Made by a program: the position numbers and the translations under genes
Notes under the pieces: generated by a model
Databases searched by the model: none
The model's input: the letters and a program-made list of their open reading frames with translations, nothing else
What the model was told of the DNA's origin: nothing
Part shown: positions 11,231-21,107 of the stretch, piece after piece
Numbering within the stretch: position 1 is the first letter of the stretch
How the letters are laid out: each line of letters starts with the position of its first letter
Assembly: GCA_963844715.1 (NCBI GenBank)
Contig: CAWJPJ010000006.1
Location: forward strand, 416,001-480,000
DNA from: an uncultured Phycisphaerales bacterium
GTDB taxonomy: Bacteria > Planctomycetota > Phycisphaerae > Tepidisphaerales > Tepidisphaeraceae
Direction: 5' to 3'
Length of the DNA stretch: 64,000 bases

Positions 11231-11400
11231 GGAAAGCGTCCTTCTGAAAAGCATCTCCTAACTTTTCCCGCGTGTCCCCGGACGAGCGAGGGACACCCGA
11301 CTATCCTGAAATAGATTTAACGGGTGCCTGTCGCCGGTTCCCGCTAAAATGGCGGACGATTCGTGATCCGCCCGTAATAAAAGTGTTGAGACTAAAGTTG

Positions 11401-11928
11401 ATGGCATCTTCAATTTCGACCGCTCGTCTCATATTGGTTCCCGCGACGGTCGCCCACGCTCGGGCCGAGATCGATGATCGAGTTGAATTTGCCCGGCTCA
11501 TCGAGGCGTCGGTTCCCGAAAACTGGCCACCGGAAGCAGTTGCCGACGCTTTACCCCTGTTCTTGAAATGGCTTGAGGCGGCGCCCGACCACGTCGGCTG
11601 GTTTGGGCGGTACATTCTAGCCAAAGGCGACGGCGCGAATTTGCCCGTTTTATGCGGCAGTTGCGGGTTCCTGGGACCGCCACAAGACGGCGAGGTCAAT
11701 ATCGGCTATTCCGTTCTCCCCCAGTTCCAACGTCGGGGTTTCGCAACGGAAGCGGTTGGCGGTCTGGTCGGGTGGGCGATGGAACAGCCGGCCGTAACTC
11801 GAATCGTGGCTGAAACGGAGTGGGCGAATCCGGCTTCGGTGCGTGTCTTGAGCAAGCTCGAGTTCACGGCAGCTGGACTGTGCGCGGACCATCGCGGCGT
11901 GCGCTTCGAACTGCGCCGCCGCATTTGA
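11401..11928 (+). CDS. GNAT (RimJ/RimL-like) N-acetyltransferase
   Basis: ISTARLILVP, IGYSVLPQFQRRGFATEAV, NPASVRVLSKLEF. Confidence 0.88.
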   Translation: MASSISTARLILVPATVAHARAEIDDRVEFARLIEASVPENWPPEAVADALPLFLKWLEAAPDHVGWFGRYILAKGDGANLPVLCGSCGFLGPPQDGEVNIGYSVLPQFQRRGFATEAVGGLVGWAMEQPAVTRIVAETEWANPASVRVLSKLEFTAAGLCADHRGVRFELRRRI

Positions 11929-12029
11929 GCATGTGACTGCCTCAGCTGTGCGAATCTTCATCGGTCAAAAGTTTAGGCACTGATGCGTCGGAACTTTTGC
12001 CTTTTTCATCATTTTACTCAGCCTCCTGC

Positions 12030-12419
12030 TTATCTCCCGTTGGCGATTCGCAGAATACGCTCCAAAGCAATCAGGACAAATGGCGTCGCACAGATTGCCA
12101 TGCCGATCACCGCGCATAAGCATGCAAACCTCCCATATCGGCCGCTTCTGGCCATCGAAACGGCCCCCGTCCCGAGCCCGCCAAGCAAGACAATGAAGAG
12201 CGCGGACAAGAACATGGCATTCGTTCGGGCATCGGCCTGGATAGCCGCCGTCAGGCCTGCGTCCGGCGTGAAGCGTTCGTCATATTCATTTCCCACAACG
12301 ACAAAAAACGTAGCCGCCCCCCACACCACGCCAACGGCGGCCAGTCCAAGCGATAAAAATGGGAGGATCACCCATCTAAATCGCTTTCGAGTCCCATAGT
12401 CTAAAATTCGCGCCGCCAT
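12030..12419 (-). CDS. Hypothetical membrane protein (about 3 TM)
   Basis: ATG-started ORF with hydrophobic helices and an ILDY N-terminal motif; follows the zinc-ribbon gene on the same strand. Confidence 0.55.
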   Translation of the reverse strand: MAARILDYGTRKRFRWVILPFLSLGLAAVGVVWGAATFFVVVGNEYDERFTPDAGLTAAIQADARTNAMFLSALFIVLLGGLGTGAVSMARSGRYGRFACLCAVIGMAICATPFVLIALERILRIANGR

Positions 12420-12437
12420 TGCCCTAACTCAACCTAT

Positions 12438-12710
12438 TCAGTAGAGACCATGAATGACCCAAAGCGTCACGACGGCGATCACGATGATGAAAACCGTCAA
12501 AATGAACCAGATCGGCTTGCGACGGGGAAGCGAATCCTCGCGCGAGATAAAGCTGCGACAGTGGGTACAAACCTCGGCCTGTTCGAAAACCGGTTTTCCG
12601 CAATGCGGGCAAGGCTCGGTTTCGATTGACTCATCATCGCCAACATCTTCCGGACCGGGGAATTCCCGGTCGTCGAGGTCAGCCTCATCGTCGTCGTTCG
12701 AATAACCCAT
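12438..12710 (-). CDS. Zinc-ribbon protein with C-terminal TM helix
   Basis: Acidic N-terminus, CPHCG...CTHC, hydrophobic C-terminus. Confidence 0.75.
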   Translation of the reverse strand: MGYSNDDDEADLDDREFPGPEDVGDDESIETEPCPHCGKPVFEQAEVCTHCRSFISREDSLPRRKPIWFILTVFIIVIAVVTLWVIHGLY

Positions 12711-12866
12711 ATTTATTTATGGCCCCCGCTCGGCAAGCGAAAGACCCGCAACGATTATAAGTTTGGTTTCCGCCGGACAGGCACCTATCTCCGGTTATCT
12801 AATCCGTTGATGAGGACGGAAATCATTCTGGAAATCTCATCCGGATTGCTTTTGGAGAAGTCCCGG

Positions 12867-13247
12867 TCAAGTTGCTAAATAAACCCGTCGCTTTGCAAGG
12901 GATTTCAGTGCGGTGCGATCGCCTTTGATTAGCGCGAGTTTCTTGGCGTGGGTCCATCGCTTTATTTGCGGTTCACGTGCGATCGCCGTGGATTCTGATT
13001 GATGTCGTTCCTGATACACAAGGGTGATTGGTCTGCGGCAGGCGGTCCACATCGCAGCGCGTCCGTCGTTATGCAGGTTCACCCGTTCTTCGACGCTTGA
13101 GGTATGGCCGACGTAAAGGCTTCCATCTGCACAGCGGAGAATGTACACAAAAAAGGAATCCGCTGACGCGAATGCGGTGGAGAAGTCGCCCTTCGATGCA
13201 CTACGCTTACTCAGGGCATTCGACTCGCCGCTCATTAGTTGTCTCAC
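12867..13247 (-). CDS. Small GIY-YIG nuclease (UPF0213-like); start may lie near 13150
   Basis: FVYILRCADGSLYVGHT, R...HN.G, AIARE.QIKRWTHAKK. Confidence 0.9.
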   Translation of the reverse strand: MRQLMSGESNALSKRSASKGDFSTAFASADSFFVYILRCADGSLYVGHTSSVEERVNLHNDGRAAMWTACRRPITLVYQERHQSESTAIAREPQIKRWTHAKKLALIKGDRTALKSLAKRRVYLAT

Positions 13248-13321
13248 GTAACTCGTGCCCGAGTATCACCCTTTTTTCTTCCTTCACTGGCCTGCCATGA
13301 GCGAGCGCAGCGAGTCGAATG
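13188..13321. repeat. Palindromic REP-like doublet between the tRNA-Ala 3' end and the GIY-YIG gene
   Basis: Perfect 12-bp inverted repeat CATTCGACTCGC (13217-13228)/GCGAGTCGAATG (13310-13321), extended by CGCTCAT/ATGAGCG; two related ~28-nt units in opposite orientation. Confidence 0.65.
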
Positions 13322-13390
13322 GAGCCATGGGGATTTGAACCCCAAATTCCACCATGCCATGGTGGCGTGATCCCATTTCACTATGGCCCC
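13320..13390 (-). tRNA. tRNA-Ala(GGC)
   Basis: Cloverleaf with acceptor GGGGCCA/TGGCTCC and G3-U70; anticodon loop ATGGCAT (A32-U38, typical of Ala-GGC); T-loop TTCAAAT; CCA not encoded. Confidence 0.95.
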
Positions 13391-13530
13391 GGTGCGTGTT
13401 TTGGACGCCGGTTGCACAAAAACTCTATCGCTGGGGGACCCCCTGTCAAGCCAAGGGGCGGCGGGTACAATTTCAGGGCGGTTTGTTGATGCCGGCTGTT
13501 GGCTGATCCGAAGAGTGGTTCGACACGACT

Positions 13531-14136
13531 ATGACGAACACGGGATCGGGAAATCCGCCGGGGCTCGTGCTGGCCAGTGCTTCCCCGCGCCGGCAGAGTT
13601 TGCTCAAGGACGCGGGTTATCAGTTCACAATCGTCCCGGCGGACATCGACGAGCGGGCGGTCGCCGGCGGTCTCCCCCCGATTGAAATGGCGGAGAAGCT
13701 CGCGCTGGCCAAGGCGGAATTCGTGGGGACGCGATTTCCCGATCACGTCGTTCTGGGCGCCGATACGATCGTAGCGCTGGGAGACATCGCGATCGGCAAG
13801 CCCACCGATCCGGGCGACGCGCGGGCCATGCTGCATATGCTGTCGGGTACGACGCAGATGGTGATCACGGCCGTGTGCGTGCATCGGCTCAGCGCGGGGG
13901 TGGCGCGGGTCGATCACGTGATCTCGGCCGTTCGCATGGCGCCATTGACGAACTCCGAGATCAACGATTACATCGCCACCGGGCAATGGGAAGGGAAAGC
14001 TGGGGGATACGGCATTCAGGACCCCGATCCCTTCGTCGAACGAATCCGCGGATGTAAAACAAACATCGTTGGCTTGCCGATGAAGACGACGGTCCGGCTG
14101 CTTGAATCGACGGGCATCTATCCTGTTAAATCTTAA
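13531..14136 (+). CDS. maf: Maf family nucleotide pyrophosphatase
   Basis: LVLASASPRR, VLGADTIV, GKP, GKAGGYGIQ, NIVGLP. Confidence 0.93.
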   Translation: MTNTGSGNPPGLVLASASPRRQSLLKDAGYQFTIVPADIDERAVAGGLPPIEMAEKLALAKAEFVGTRFPDHVVLGADTIVALGDIAIGKPTDPGDARAMLHMLSGTTQMVITAVCVHRLSAGVARVDHVISAVRMAPLTNSEINDYIATGQWEGKAGGYGIQDPDPFVERIRGCKTNIVGLPMKTTVRLLESTGIYPVKS

Positions 14137-14298
14137 AGGGCAACCGCAGAGACACAGAGGCGCAGAGTTGAAAACCCGCCGTGGCGGGGAAGACGCAGAG
14201 AAAATCGTGAGTCAAGATACAAAGCATTTTTTCTCCGCGTCTTCCCCGCCACGGCCGGTTTTCAACTCCTCGTCTCTGCGTCTCTGCGGTTGCCTTTT
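14135..14298. repeat. Long imperfect hairpin, ~70-bp arms built on GACGCAGA-type octamers
   Basis: 14135-14204 is the reverse complement of 14229-14298 with about 7 mismatches. Confidence 0.9.
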
Positions 14299-14722
14299 GC
14301 TTTTGCTTTTAACCCCGCCCGGTTGCAATCATTCACAAACCCTCCCCACGGTGCCGATGTACATTGGGAATCAGACGTTTTCGCTGGAACTTGCGACGAC
14401 CGAGGCGCAGCAGGAACTGGGACTCATGCATCGGGACCATCTCGACTCCGATAAAGGGATGCTTTTCATCTTCCCGGACAGTCAGGTCCGGACCTTCTGG
14501 AACCACGATGTTTCCTTTGCGCTGGACCTGATATTTCTGGACCCTTCCGGCAAGGTCGTCAGCATCAAGCGGCTGGAAACGTACAGCGACAAGGATATTT
14601 CCAGCGACCAGCCGGCTAAGTTTGCAATTGAGCTAAACGCAGGCACGGCGGCGGCATTGGGGGTCAAGCCGGGGGATGTTCTGACGGTTCCGCCGCCGAT
14701 TGAGGTGGTGGAGAACCGATAA
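14207..14722 (+). CDS. DUF192 family lipoprotein
   Basis: ELATTEAQQELGLMHR, GMLFIF, FWNHDV.F.LDLIFLD, AIELNAG; lipobox-like TPPGC; GTG start inferred. Confidence 0.85.
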   Translation: MSQDTKHFFSASSPPRPVFNSSSLRLCGCLLLLLLTPPGCNHSQTLPTVPMYIGNQTFSLELATTEAQQELGLMHRDHLDSDKGMLFIFPDSQVRTFWNHDVSFALDLIFLDPSGKVVSIKRLETYSDKDISSDQPAKFAIELNAGTAAALGVKPGDVLTVPPPIEVVENR

Positions 14723-14789
14723 TTTCGCCGGGCTTAAGGTCCTATTCCGCATTGCCGACAAGCGGAGATAGCCGGCGACCCATATCACC

Positions 14790-15682
14790 ATGGCCCGCCC
14801 CATCCAACTTGGCCAGTGCATTACACATCCCCGTGATCGACGAAGCCGAGGATCGGCAGCGCCTTCTTGCCGAAATCGAATCCCTCCGCGCCGAGGTGAA
14901 TCTTCTGCGGCGGCGCGACGAGACCCTGAACTTTTACATGTTCCGGTTGGATGAAGAACTGCGCCTGGCGGCGAAGTTGCAGCAGGATTTTCTGCCCAAG
15001 ACTTTGCCGCAGGTTGGACCGGTGCGGTTTCACTCGCTCTTCCGGCCTGCCGGGTATGTCAGCGGCGATCTGTATGACGTGATGCGGCTGGACGAAACGC
15101 ACGTTGGATTTTACATGGCCGACGCCGTGGGCCATGGAATGCCGGCGGCACTCATCACGATGTTCATCAAGAACGGGCTTTCGACAAAGCAAATCACCGC
15201 CGAGGGGTATCGCCTGCTCGGTCCGGGGGAATCGCTGGGAAAACTGAATCGGTCGATGATTGAGCAGAATCTTTCCGGGGCAACGTTCGCAACGGCATTC
15301 TATGGCACGGTCGATTCAAATACCCTGATGTGCAAGTACGCGCGGGCGGGGCATCCGTTGCCGATTCTTTTGCGGCGCGATGGAACCGCGGTCACGGTCG
15401 AATCCGATGGCGGGCTGCTGGGCATCTTCCCGGATGAGGTATACGTTGAGGGGCAGATCCTGCTCCGTAGCGGGGATCGAATGTTTGTCTATAGCGACGG
15501 CATCGAGGTATCTTTCGTGGACGACGGCGCCGATCATCAGGAATGGCTGCGGCAGCTTCAGAAGCGCGGCACACCAGCCGACCGAGCAGATTCTGATGGA
15601 AATCTCCGAGGCCCTGGACAAGGAGACCGGAAGCCTCCAGCCCAAAGACGACGTCTCGATGGTCGTGCTGGAAATCGACTGA
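14790..15682 (+). CDS. SpoIIE/PP2C (RsbU-like) serine phosphatase, frameshifts near start and 15570
   Basis: LQQDFLP, VSGDLYD, ADAVGHGMPAA, AGHP, YSDG, C-terminal DDVSMVVLE in a shifted frame. Confidence 0.85.
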
Positions 15683-15699
15683 CATTACAATCCCCGGCT

Positions 15700-16065
15700 A
15701 TGCAATTTCTCCTGCACGGCCCTCTCACCCCTGCCGCCGGACAAGCTCTCCAACGCCACGAACACACCATCCATCAGCCAAACGAGGCGGATTTGACGGC
15801 GGAGTCGCCGCCGGCGGACGTTCTTCGCGCCGCCGGCGCCAAACAATGGGATATTTTGACGGCCGATGCCGCACTGGCCCGCGCGCCGTTTGAGGAAAGA
15901 GTTCCATTCGGGCGGTCGATCATCTTTCTGCAATTAAAAGGCGGGGATATCGAGCAGGACGAAGCGATCGACCGCCTGTTTACGCGCTATAAGCGCCTGA
16001 CCCCGGGAAGAATTTACACGGTGACCGAAGGGCGCGTGAAGGTGAGGCAGTTGCCGGGGAAATGA
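15700..16065 (+). CDS. Hypothetical protein, possibly PIN-like
   Basis: Own ATG at 15700; DILTAD motif; joined to the phosphatase in the ORF track only through a frameshift. Confidence 0.55.
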   Translation: MQFLLHGPLTPAAGQALQRHEHTIHQPNEADLTAESPPADVLRAAGAKQWDILTADAALARAPFEERVPFGRSIIFLQLKGGDIEQDEAIDRLFTRYKRLTPGRIYTVTEGRVKVRQLPGK

Positions 16066-16082
16066 GAGGAAACTTAATCAGC

Positions 16083-16640
16083 TTATTTCAGGACACCCGC
16101 AATCAGCGTGACGTTGTTCGGCGAGTTGGCGCCTTCAAAATTGTAAAAGTACTCGCGGATTTCCCCCGTTGCAGCGGAGTCGGGACCAGCCCCATTAAGA
16201 CTCGACATCAATTCCTGGCGCGCCTGCCCGATCTTGGCCAAGGGTCCGCCGTATAAAACGGTTTGGCATTCAACGGGCGGAAGCTCATCCACCTCATATC
16301 CGTTTGGGGCGACCGCGTCTTTGCCCACGGCGATCCCTATCTTCAATTCAAAAACCGCGTTCGGGTCGGCGGGCGGATTCTGAAACATAAACACCATCGG
16401 TCCCCGCGGCTGGATATTGGCGATCTTCAAAGCCACAAACAAATTCGGGATCTCCGTCCTGGCTGTATCGCCAATCGTTTGCCGCGTCACCTGCGTATCA
16501 ACAAAAAGAAAATTGAATCCCGGCAGTCTCAACCGCCGGGGCGAGCCGATGGATACGTCCTCCGACGGGCGAGTCTGAGCTAACAGGACCGACGGAAACA
16601 ACATCGACGCCAGAGCAATTTGCAGGAGGATATATTTCAT
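16083..16640 (-). CDS. Secreted GyrI-like small-molecule-binding protein
   Basis: Signal peptide MKYILLQIALASMLFPSVLLA; LY.GP...IG, GEIREYFY pattern. Confidence 0.7.
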   Translation of the reverse strand: MKYILLQIALASMLFPSVLLAQTRPSEDVSIGSPRRLRLPGFNFLFVDTQVTRQTIGDTARTEIPNLFVALKIANIQPRGPMVFMFQNPPADPNAVFELKIGIAVGKDAVAPNGYEVDELPPVECQTVLYGGPLAKIGQARQELMSSLNGAGPDSAATGEIREYFYNFEGANSPNNVTLIAGVLK

Positions 16641-16666
16641 GTTCGGCTCCGTAGGTAAGTGCCACT

Positions 16667-18106
16667 TCAATGATTGGACAGATCGCGCTTCCTGAATCCG
16701 ATCAGCGCGATGAGGAGTGTTTCCGTGCAGGTGAAAAACGTGACCATCACCCAAAGCGATCCCGACACGCCGGGGCGGACGGTCTTGTGCTCCAGAATCT
16801 GGGTCCACCCGGCGAGACGCCAATGCATCAGGATCAGCGTGCTGATGCCGAGGAGGGGGACGAACCAAAGCGTGAAACGCCGGCGGACCGTGAAGCTTCG
16901 ATGCCGCCAGAAATACGCGCAGGTGATCATCAACGCAACTGTGACGGCAGAGAGAATCGCGATGGATCTTTGATCGCCGGCTTTCCAGGCGAGATTGAAC
17001 ATCCACCCCATGGTGCCGCCGACGATGGCGACGATCGTCCAGAGCGGCTTGGGCTTCTTCTCGCAAGGGGCCGACAGCTCACCTTCCGCAGGCGCCGGCT
17101 CACTCCCTCGAATCGCATTCCAGTGCCATCGCCCCAATATGATGATGACGGTTCCGACGATCGTAACCGAGATCATCAACTCAATGATCCCGGCGAAATC
17201 ATGGTGGCGGAATGCTTTCGGCTGCACAAAATTCGTCGCAAACAGCGCGGCCATGCACATTCCGACCAGGATGGCAAACCCCATAATGAATCGCCGCTCG
17301 CGCGCCGAGCGGGCCGATCGCAACGCCTCGCGGGTCCCCTTGAACCCTCCCCAGACTGCAATCAATAGACTCGCGGGCATGAAAATCCAACCCATCGCGC
17401 CGGCGCCGAGCGAGGACGATCCCTTCGCGGCCACTCCAAGCGTCGCTGCTTTTGCCGCCGGCGGCGTCAGTGCCGGCAGCGCCGCCAAAACCGCAATGGC
17501 GAAAGCCGATGTCGGCGCGGAGCGGGCCAGATTCCGTTCCAATGTCTCCGCCATCTGATCGCGCAGCAGGTCGCGGCCGCGCGCCAGTCGCTGACGAACG
17601 GCATCCTCGGTCATTCCCGTCGCCGCGGCGACCGCCGCCGTCGATTGCCCCTGACGATAATAAAGCACCATCGTCTCGCGATATCGCTGCGGCAATTCAG
17701 AGAGAATCCGCCAGAGCATCTCGCGCTCTTCCTTCTGGAGCGCCTCCTGTGGCGGGGAAGCCGACTCGCTGGCGATCGATGTCGGAAACAAATTATTCAG
17801 GCGATTCTTTTCGCGGTGATTGGCCCGCTGAAAATCGACCGCTTTTCGCCGCGCGATCTGGCACAGCCAGGGCGCCAGCTTTTCCCCGTCACTTATCCCC
17901 GACAGGCTTTTCCACGCCGAAAGAAATGTGTCCTGAGCGAGATCCTCGCTGCGGTGGAGATCGCCGCAAACGGAATAAATCACCCCGGCGACCATCCCCT
18001 GATACCGCCGCACGATCCGCCCGAACGCTTCGCGATTCCCCCGGCGGCTTTCCGCCACCAAATCCGTATCCGGCGATTGTCCGTTCTCAAGCAGCGCAGC
18101 GGTCAT
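16667..18106 (-). CDS. ECF sigma-70 factor with multi-TM C-terminal extension
   Basis: Region 2 (AFGRIVRRYQ, EDLAQDTFL.AW, WLCQIARR), region 4 (LP.RYRE, AVRQRLARGR), then about 250 aa with several TM helices. Confidence 0.88.
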   Translation of the reverse strand: MTAALLENGQSPDTDLVAESRRGNREAFGRIVRRYQGMVAGVIYSVCGDLHRSEDLAQDTFLSAWKSLSGISDGEKLAPWLCQIARRKAVDFQRANHREKNRLNNLFPTSIASESASPPQEALQKEEREMLWRILSELPQRYRETMVLYYRQGQSTAAVAAATGMTEDAVRQRLARGRDLLRDQMAETLERNLARSAPTSAFAIAVLAALPALTPPAAKAATLGVAAKGSSSLGAGAMGWIFMPASLLIAVWGGFKGTREALRSARSARERRFIMGFAILVGMCMAALFATNFVQPKAFRHHDFAGIIELMISVTIVGTVIIILGRWHWNAIRGSEPAPAEGELSAPCEKKPKPLWTIVAIVGGTMGWMFNLAWKAGDQRSIAILSAVTVALMITCAYFWRHRSFTVRRRFTLWFVPLLGISTLILMHWRLAGWTQILEHKTVRPGVSGSLWVMVTFFTCTETLLIALIGFRKRDLSNH

Positions 18107-18136
18107 GGCGATCCTCGTTCTAAAGTCTCCGCCATG

Positions 18137-18165
18137 TAGACGCCGCAAGAAGGCCCGGAGTGACA
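18137..18165 (-). promoter_or_regulatory. Putative ECF-type promoter upstream of the ECF gene
   Basis: Minus strand TGTCACT-N16-CGTCTA, resembling the TGTCACA-N16-CGTC ECF consensus. Confidence 0.6.
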
Positions 18166-18236
18166 AAATCCGAGTGGAATTCAGGGATTATCGTCAAACC
18201 CACCCCATTAAACATCAGAGCCGGTTTGTTGTTGCG

Positions 18237-19128
18237 CTAAACCGCGCGATTTTCGGCTGGGCGTGCGGGGCTGGCGTCTTTTCCCGCTTCCGATTTCGGC
18301 TCCAGCATGTCGTTGTCGCGGAGCATGTTGTCGCGGATGCGGGCGATGAAGAAATCCACAACGGCGGGAATGGCTGTGGCGATGGTGAGGGACGCGCGAC
18401 TGAATGGCTTGGGCCAGAGTTCGCGCACGGGGCGCTCGATGACTCGGGCCATGCGGCGGGCGAGGCCTCGGCGCTTCCTTTTTTCCCGCAAGCCAGGGCG
18501 TGCGGATTCATCCCCCCTACTTCGTGGGCCGTATTGAAGAAATCCGTTTCGACTCTCTCGGGATGAACGCTGGTAACGGCAATTCCCGCGGGCTTGAGTT
18601 CCACGCGCAAGCCCTCGGCAATGCTGAGCTGCGCCGATTTTGTCGCCGCATATAAACTGAAATAAGGCAATCCCCGCCGTGCGCACATGCGCTGGAAACG
18701 ATCATGAGTTGTCCGCGAATGCCGTCGCGCTCTTTCTGGCGCTTCATAACAGGGATGGCGCATCGGCAGCATTCGATCGTGCCGAACAAATTGGTCTGGA
18801 AGATTTGCTGGATATCCTGCTGGCTGAGTTTGTCGAAGGCCCGCGCGAAGGCGTAGCCGGCGTTGCAGACGAGCGTATCGAGCCGCCCGTACTTTTCGAT
18901 CGCGGTGTCGATAATGCGGCGGCAATCCTCGGGCTTGGAGACGTCGGCCTGGAGACAAATGTGCTTGCCGCCGAGTTGGCGATTCAGTTCTTCCAGGCGA
19001 TCGGCCCGGCGCGCCGCGAGCACAAGACTTGATCCCCGCCCGGCGAGTTCCACGGCCAAAGCCCTGCCGATGCCGGCGCTGGCTCCGGTGATAACGGTCA
19101 CCATCCCCTGAAGTTGCCTTCTCGCCAT
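18237..19128 (-). CDS. Short-chain dehydrogenase/reductase (frameshifted)
   Basis: TGASAGIG, NAG, YAATK split over three frames. Confidence 0.88.
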
Positions 19129-19201
19129 AATTTGCTTGCCGCCCGTCGCTCCCTAGCCGCGACTCTATCCAACTTTCCGCACGTAATCTACACTAAAAGG
19201 C

Positions 19202-19799
19202 ATGTTTACGGGAATTGTCGAGTGCACCGCCGGGGTTTTGGGAGCCACGGATGTCCCCGGCGGCCGCCGTCTTCGATTGGCGACGGATTGGAAGGATGTG
19301 ACACTCGGGCAGAGCATCGCAGTGAACGGGTGCTGCCTAACCATCGCCGACATCAAAAAAGACGAAATTTCGTTTGATGTGATTCCCGAGACCTTACAAA
19401 AAACCAATCTTGGGCTGCTCCAAGCCGGGCAAGACGTCAATCTGGAGAGATCGTTACGGATTGGTGACCGCTTGGACGGCCATTGGGTGCAGGGACACAT
19501 TGATGGCCGAGCGATCCTATTGGAAAGCAAGACATCGGCCGAGGAAGTTCGTTTGCGCGCTGAAACCGCCCGCCGAATTGGCGAAATATCTGATCCCCAA
19601 GGGGTCGGTCGCGATTGACGGCGTGAGCCTGACGATCGCGGCCATTCCCGAACCCTCGGTTTTTGAGGTGGCCCTCATTCCTACCACTCTCCGCCTGACA
19701 ACTCTGGGGCAAAAGCAACCCGGATGGCCCTTTAACCTGGAGGCCGATCTGCTCAGCAAAACCATCGTTACATGGTTGGAACGGCAGAACGCCCGGTGA
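19202..19799 (+). CDS. ribE: Riboflavin synthase alpha chain (frameshift near 19565)
   Basis: MFTGIVE, SIAVNGCCLT, GHWVQGHIDG, KGSVAIDGVSLT, NLEAD. Confidence 0.93.
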
Positions 19800-19960
19800 A
19801 ACTTTAATGAGTTCTGTTGGGCACTCATACGGCAATTTCCGTGCCGCGACGAATAAGAAATAGTCGATATTCAACGGACGTAACGTGGCAAAAACGCGGT
19901 CGGAAATCCGGCCGGCGGATTTGGCTAACGGCCTATCTGGCGTAGAATTGCGTACGTCGA

Positions 19961-21001
19961 ATGAGTGATTATCGACCCAACATCGCGATCACCATGGGAG
20001 ACCCCGCCGGGATTGGCGCCGAGGTGATCGTCAAGGCTCTGGCCGACCCCGTTCTGCGGCATCGCGCTCACTTCATCGTCTATGGATTGAACGAACTGCT
20101 GAGCTATGCCGCGGACTTGGCCGAGTTCGACGTCTTCTGGTGGCGCGACCAATACAACGCCCGGCTGCGCAACTATCCACACGATGTCGTTGTCGTGGAC
20201 TATGACCAATACTCCATGCTTGGCAGCGCCATCCGCGCTCCAAGCAAAATGGGGGGCGAGGCCTCCATGCGGTTTTGCATGGACGCGATCGATGCCGCGA
20301 ATAAGAACCTGGTCGATGCGGTCGTCACCGCGCCGATCGCCAAGGAGAGCTGGAAGCTGGCGGGGTACCATTACCCGGGGCATACCGAGCTGTTTGCGCA
20401 ACGGACCAATACGCGGCGGTTCGCGATGATGTTCACCGGCGGCCCGCTTCGGGTCGTGCTGGCGACGGTGCATCTGCCGCTGATGGGGTTATGGAACAAG
20501 CTCAACATCGGCGCGGTTTTTCAGCCGATCGAAATGGTTCATCAGGCTCTGGTGGAATGGTTTGATATTCCCAAGCCGCGGATCGCGGTGTGCGGGGTGA
20601 ATCCTCACGCAAGCGAAAACGGGCAATTTGGCGATGAGGAAGAGCGGATCATCTCGCCGGCCATTCTGATGGCCAAGGACCAGGGCATCGACGTCACCGG
20701 GCCCTATCCGTCGGATACGATTTTCCTCAAGGCCCGCGACGGGCACTACGACGCCGTGGTGGCGATGTATCACGATCAGGGACTCATTCCGGTGAAGCTC
20801 CTGGCGTTCGACAAGGCGGTGAACGTGACGCTGGGGCTGCCGATTGTGCGGACCAGCCCCGATCATGGGACGGCTTTCGATATCGTGGGCCGAAATCGGG
20901 CCAATCCAGGCTCGATGCGCGCCGCGATCGAGCTGGCGATTGACCTGGCCGTGCGCCGGCACACCCGGCGCGAAGCTGCGAAGCTGATTCCCAAGCCGTG
21001 A
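19961..21001 (+). CDS. pdxA: 4-hydroxythreonine-4-phosphate dehydrogenase
   Basis: TMGDPAGIG, GHTE, NPHA, MYHDQG, RTSPDHGTAFDI. Confidence 0.95.
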   Translation: MSDYRPNIAITMGDPAGIGAEVIVKALADPVLRHRAHFIVYGLNELLSYAADLAEFDVFWWRDQYNARLRNYPHDVVVVDYDQYSMLGSAIRAPSKMGGEASMRFCMDAIDAANKNLVDAVVTAPIAKESWKLAGYHYPGHTELFAQRTNTRRFAMMFTGGPLRVVLATVHLPLMGLWNKLNIGAVFQPIEMVHQALVEWFDIPKPRIAVCGVNPHASENGQFGDEEERIISPAILMAKDQGIDVTGPYPSDTIFLKARDGHYDAVVAMYHDQGLIPVKLLAFDKAVNVTLGLPIVRTSPDHGTAFDIVGRNRANPGSMRAAIELAIDLAVRRHTRREAAKLIPKP

Positions 21002-21107
21002 CGTTCGTTGCAACCCTCAGCGCATTCTCCCTTTGGTTTGTGATCGGCACCCAACTTACTTATAACGATTGCACCGATCACTCGGCGTAAGGAAGCGGCG
21101 AGAGTTC

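Noticed and set aside
14752..16065. SpoIIE phosphatase fused to a C-terminal domain
   Set aside because: The conserved DD motif and stop lie in another frame ending at 15682, and the next gene has its own ATG
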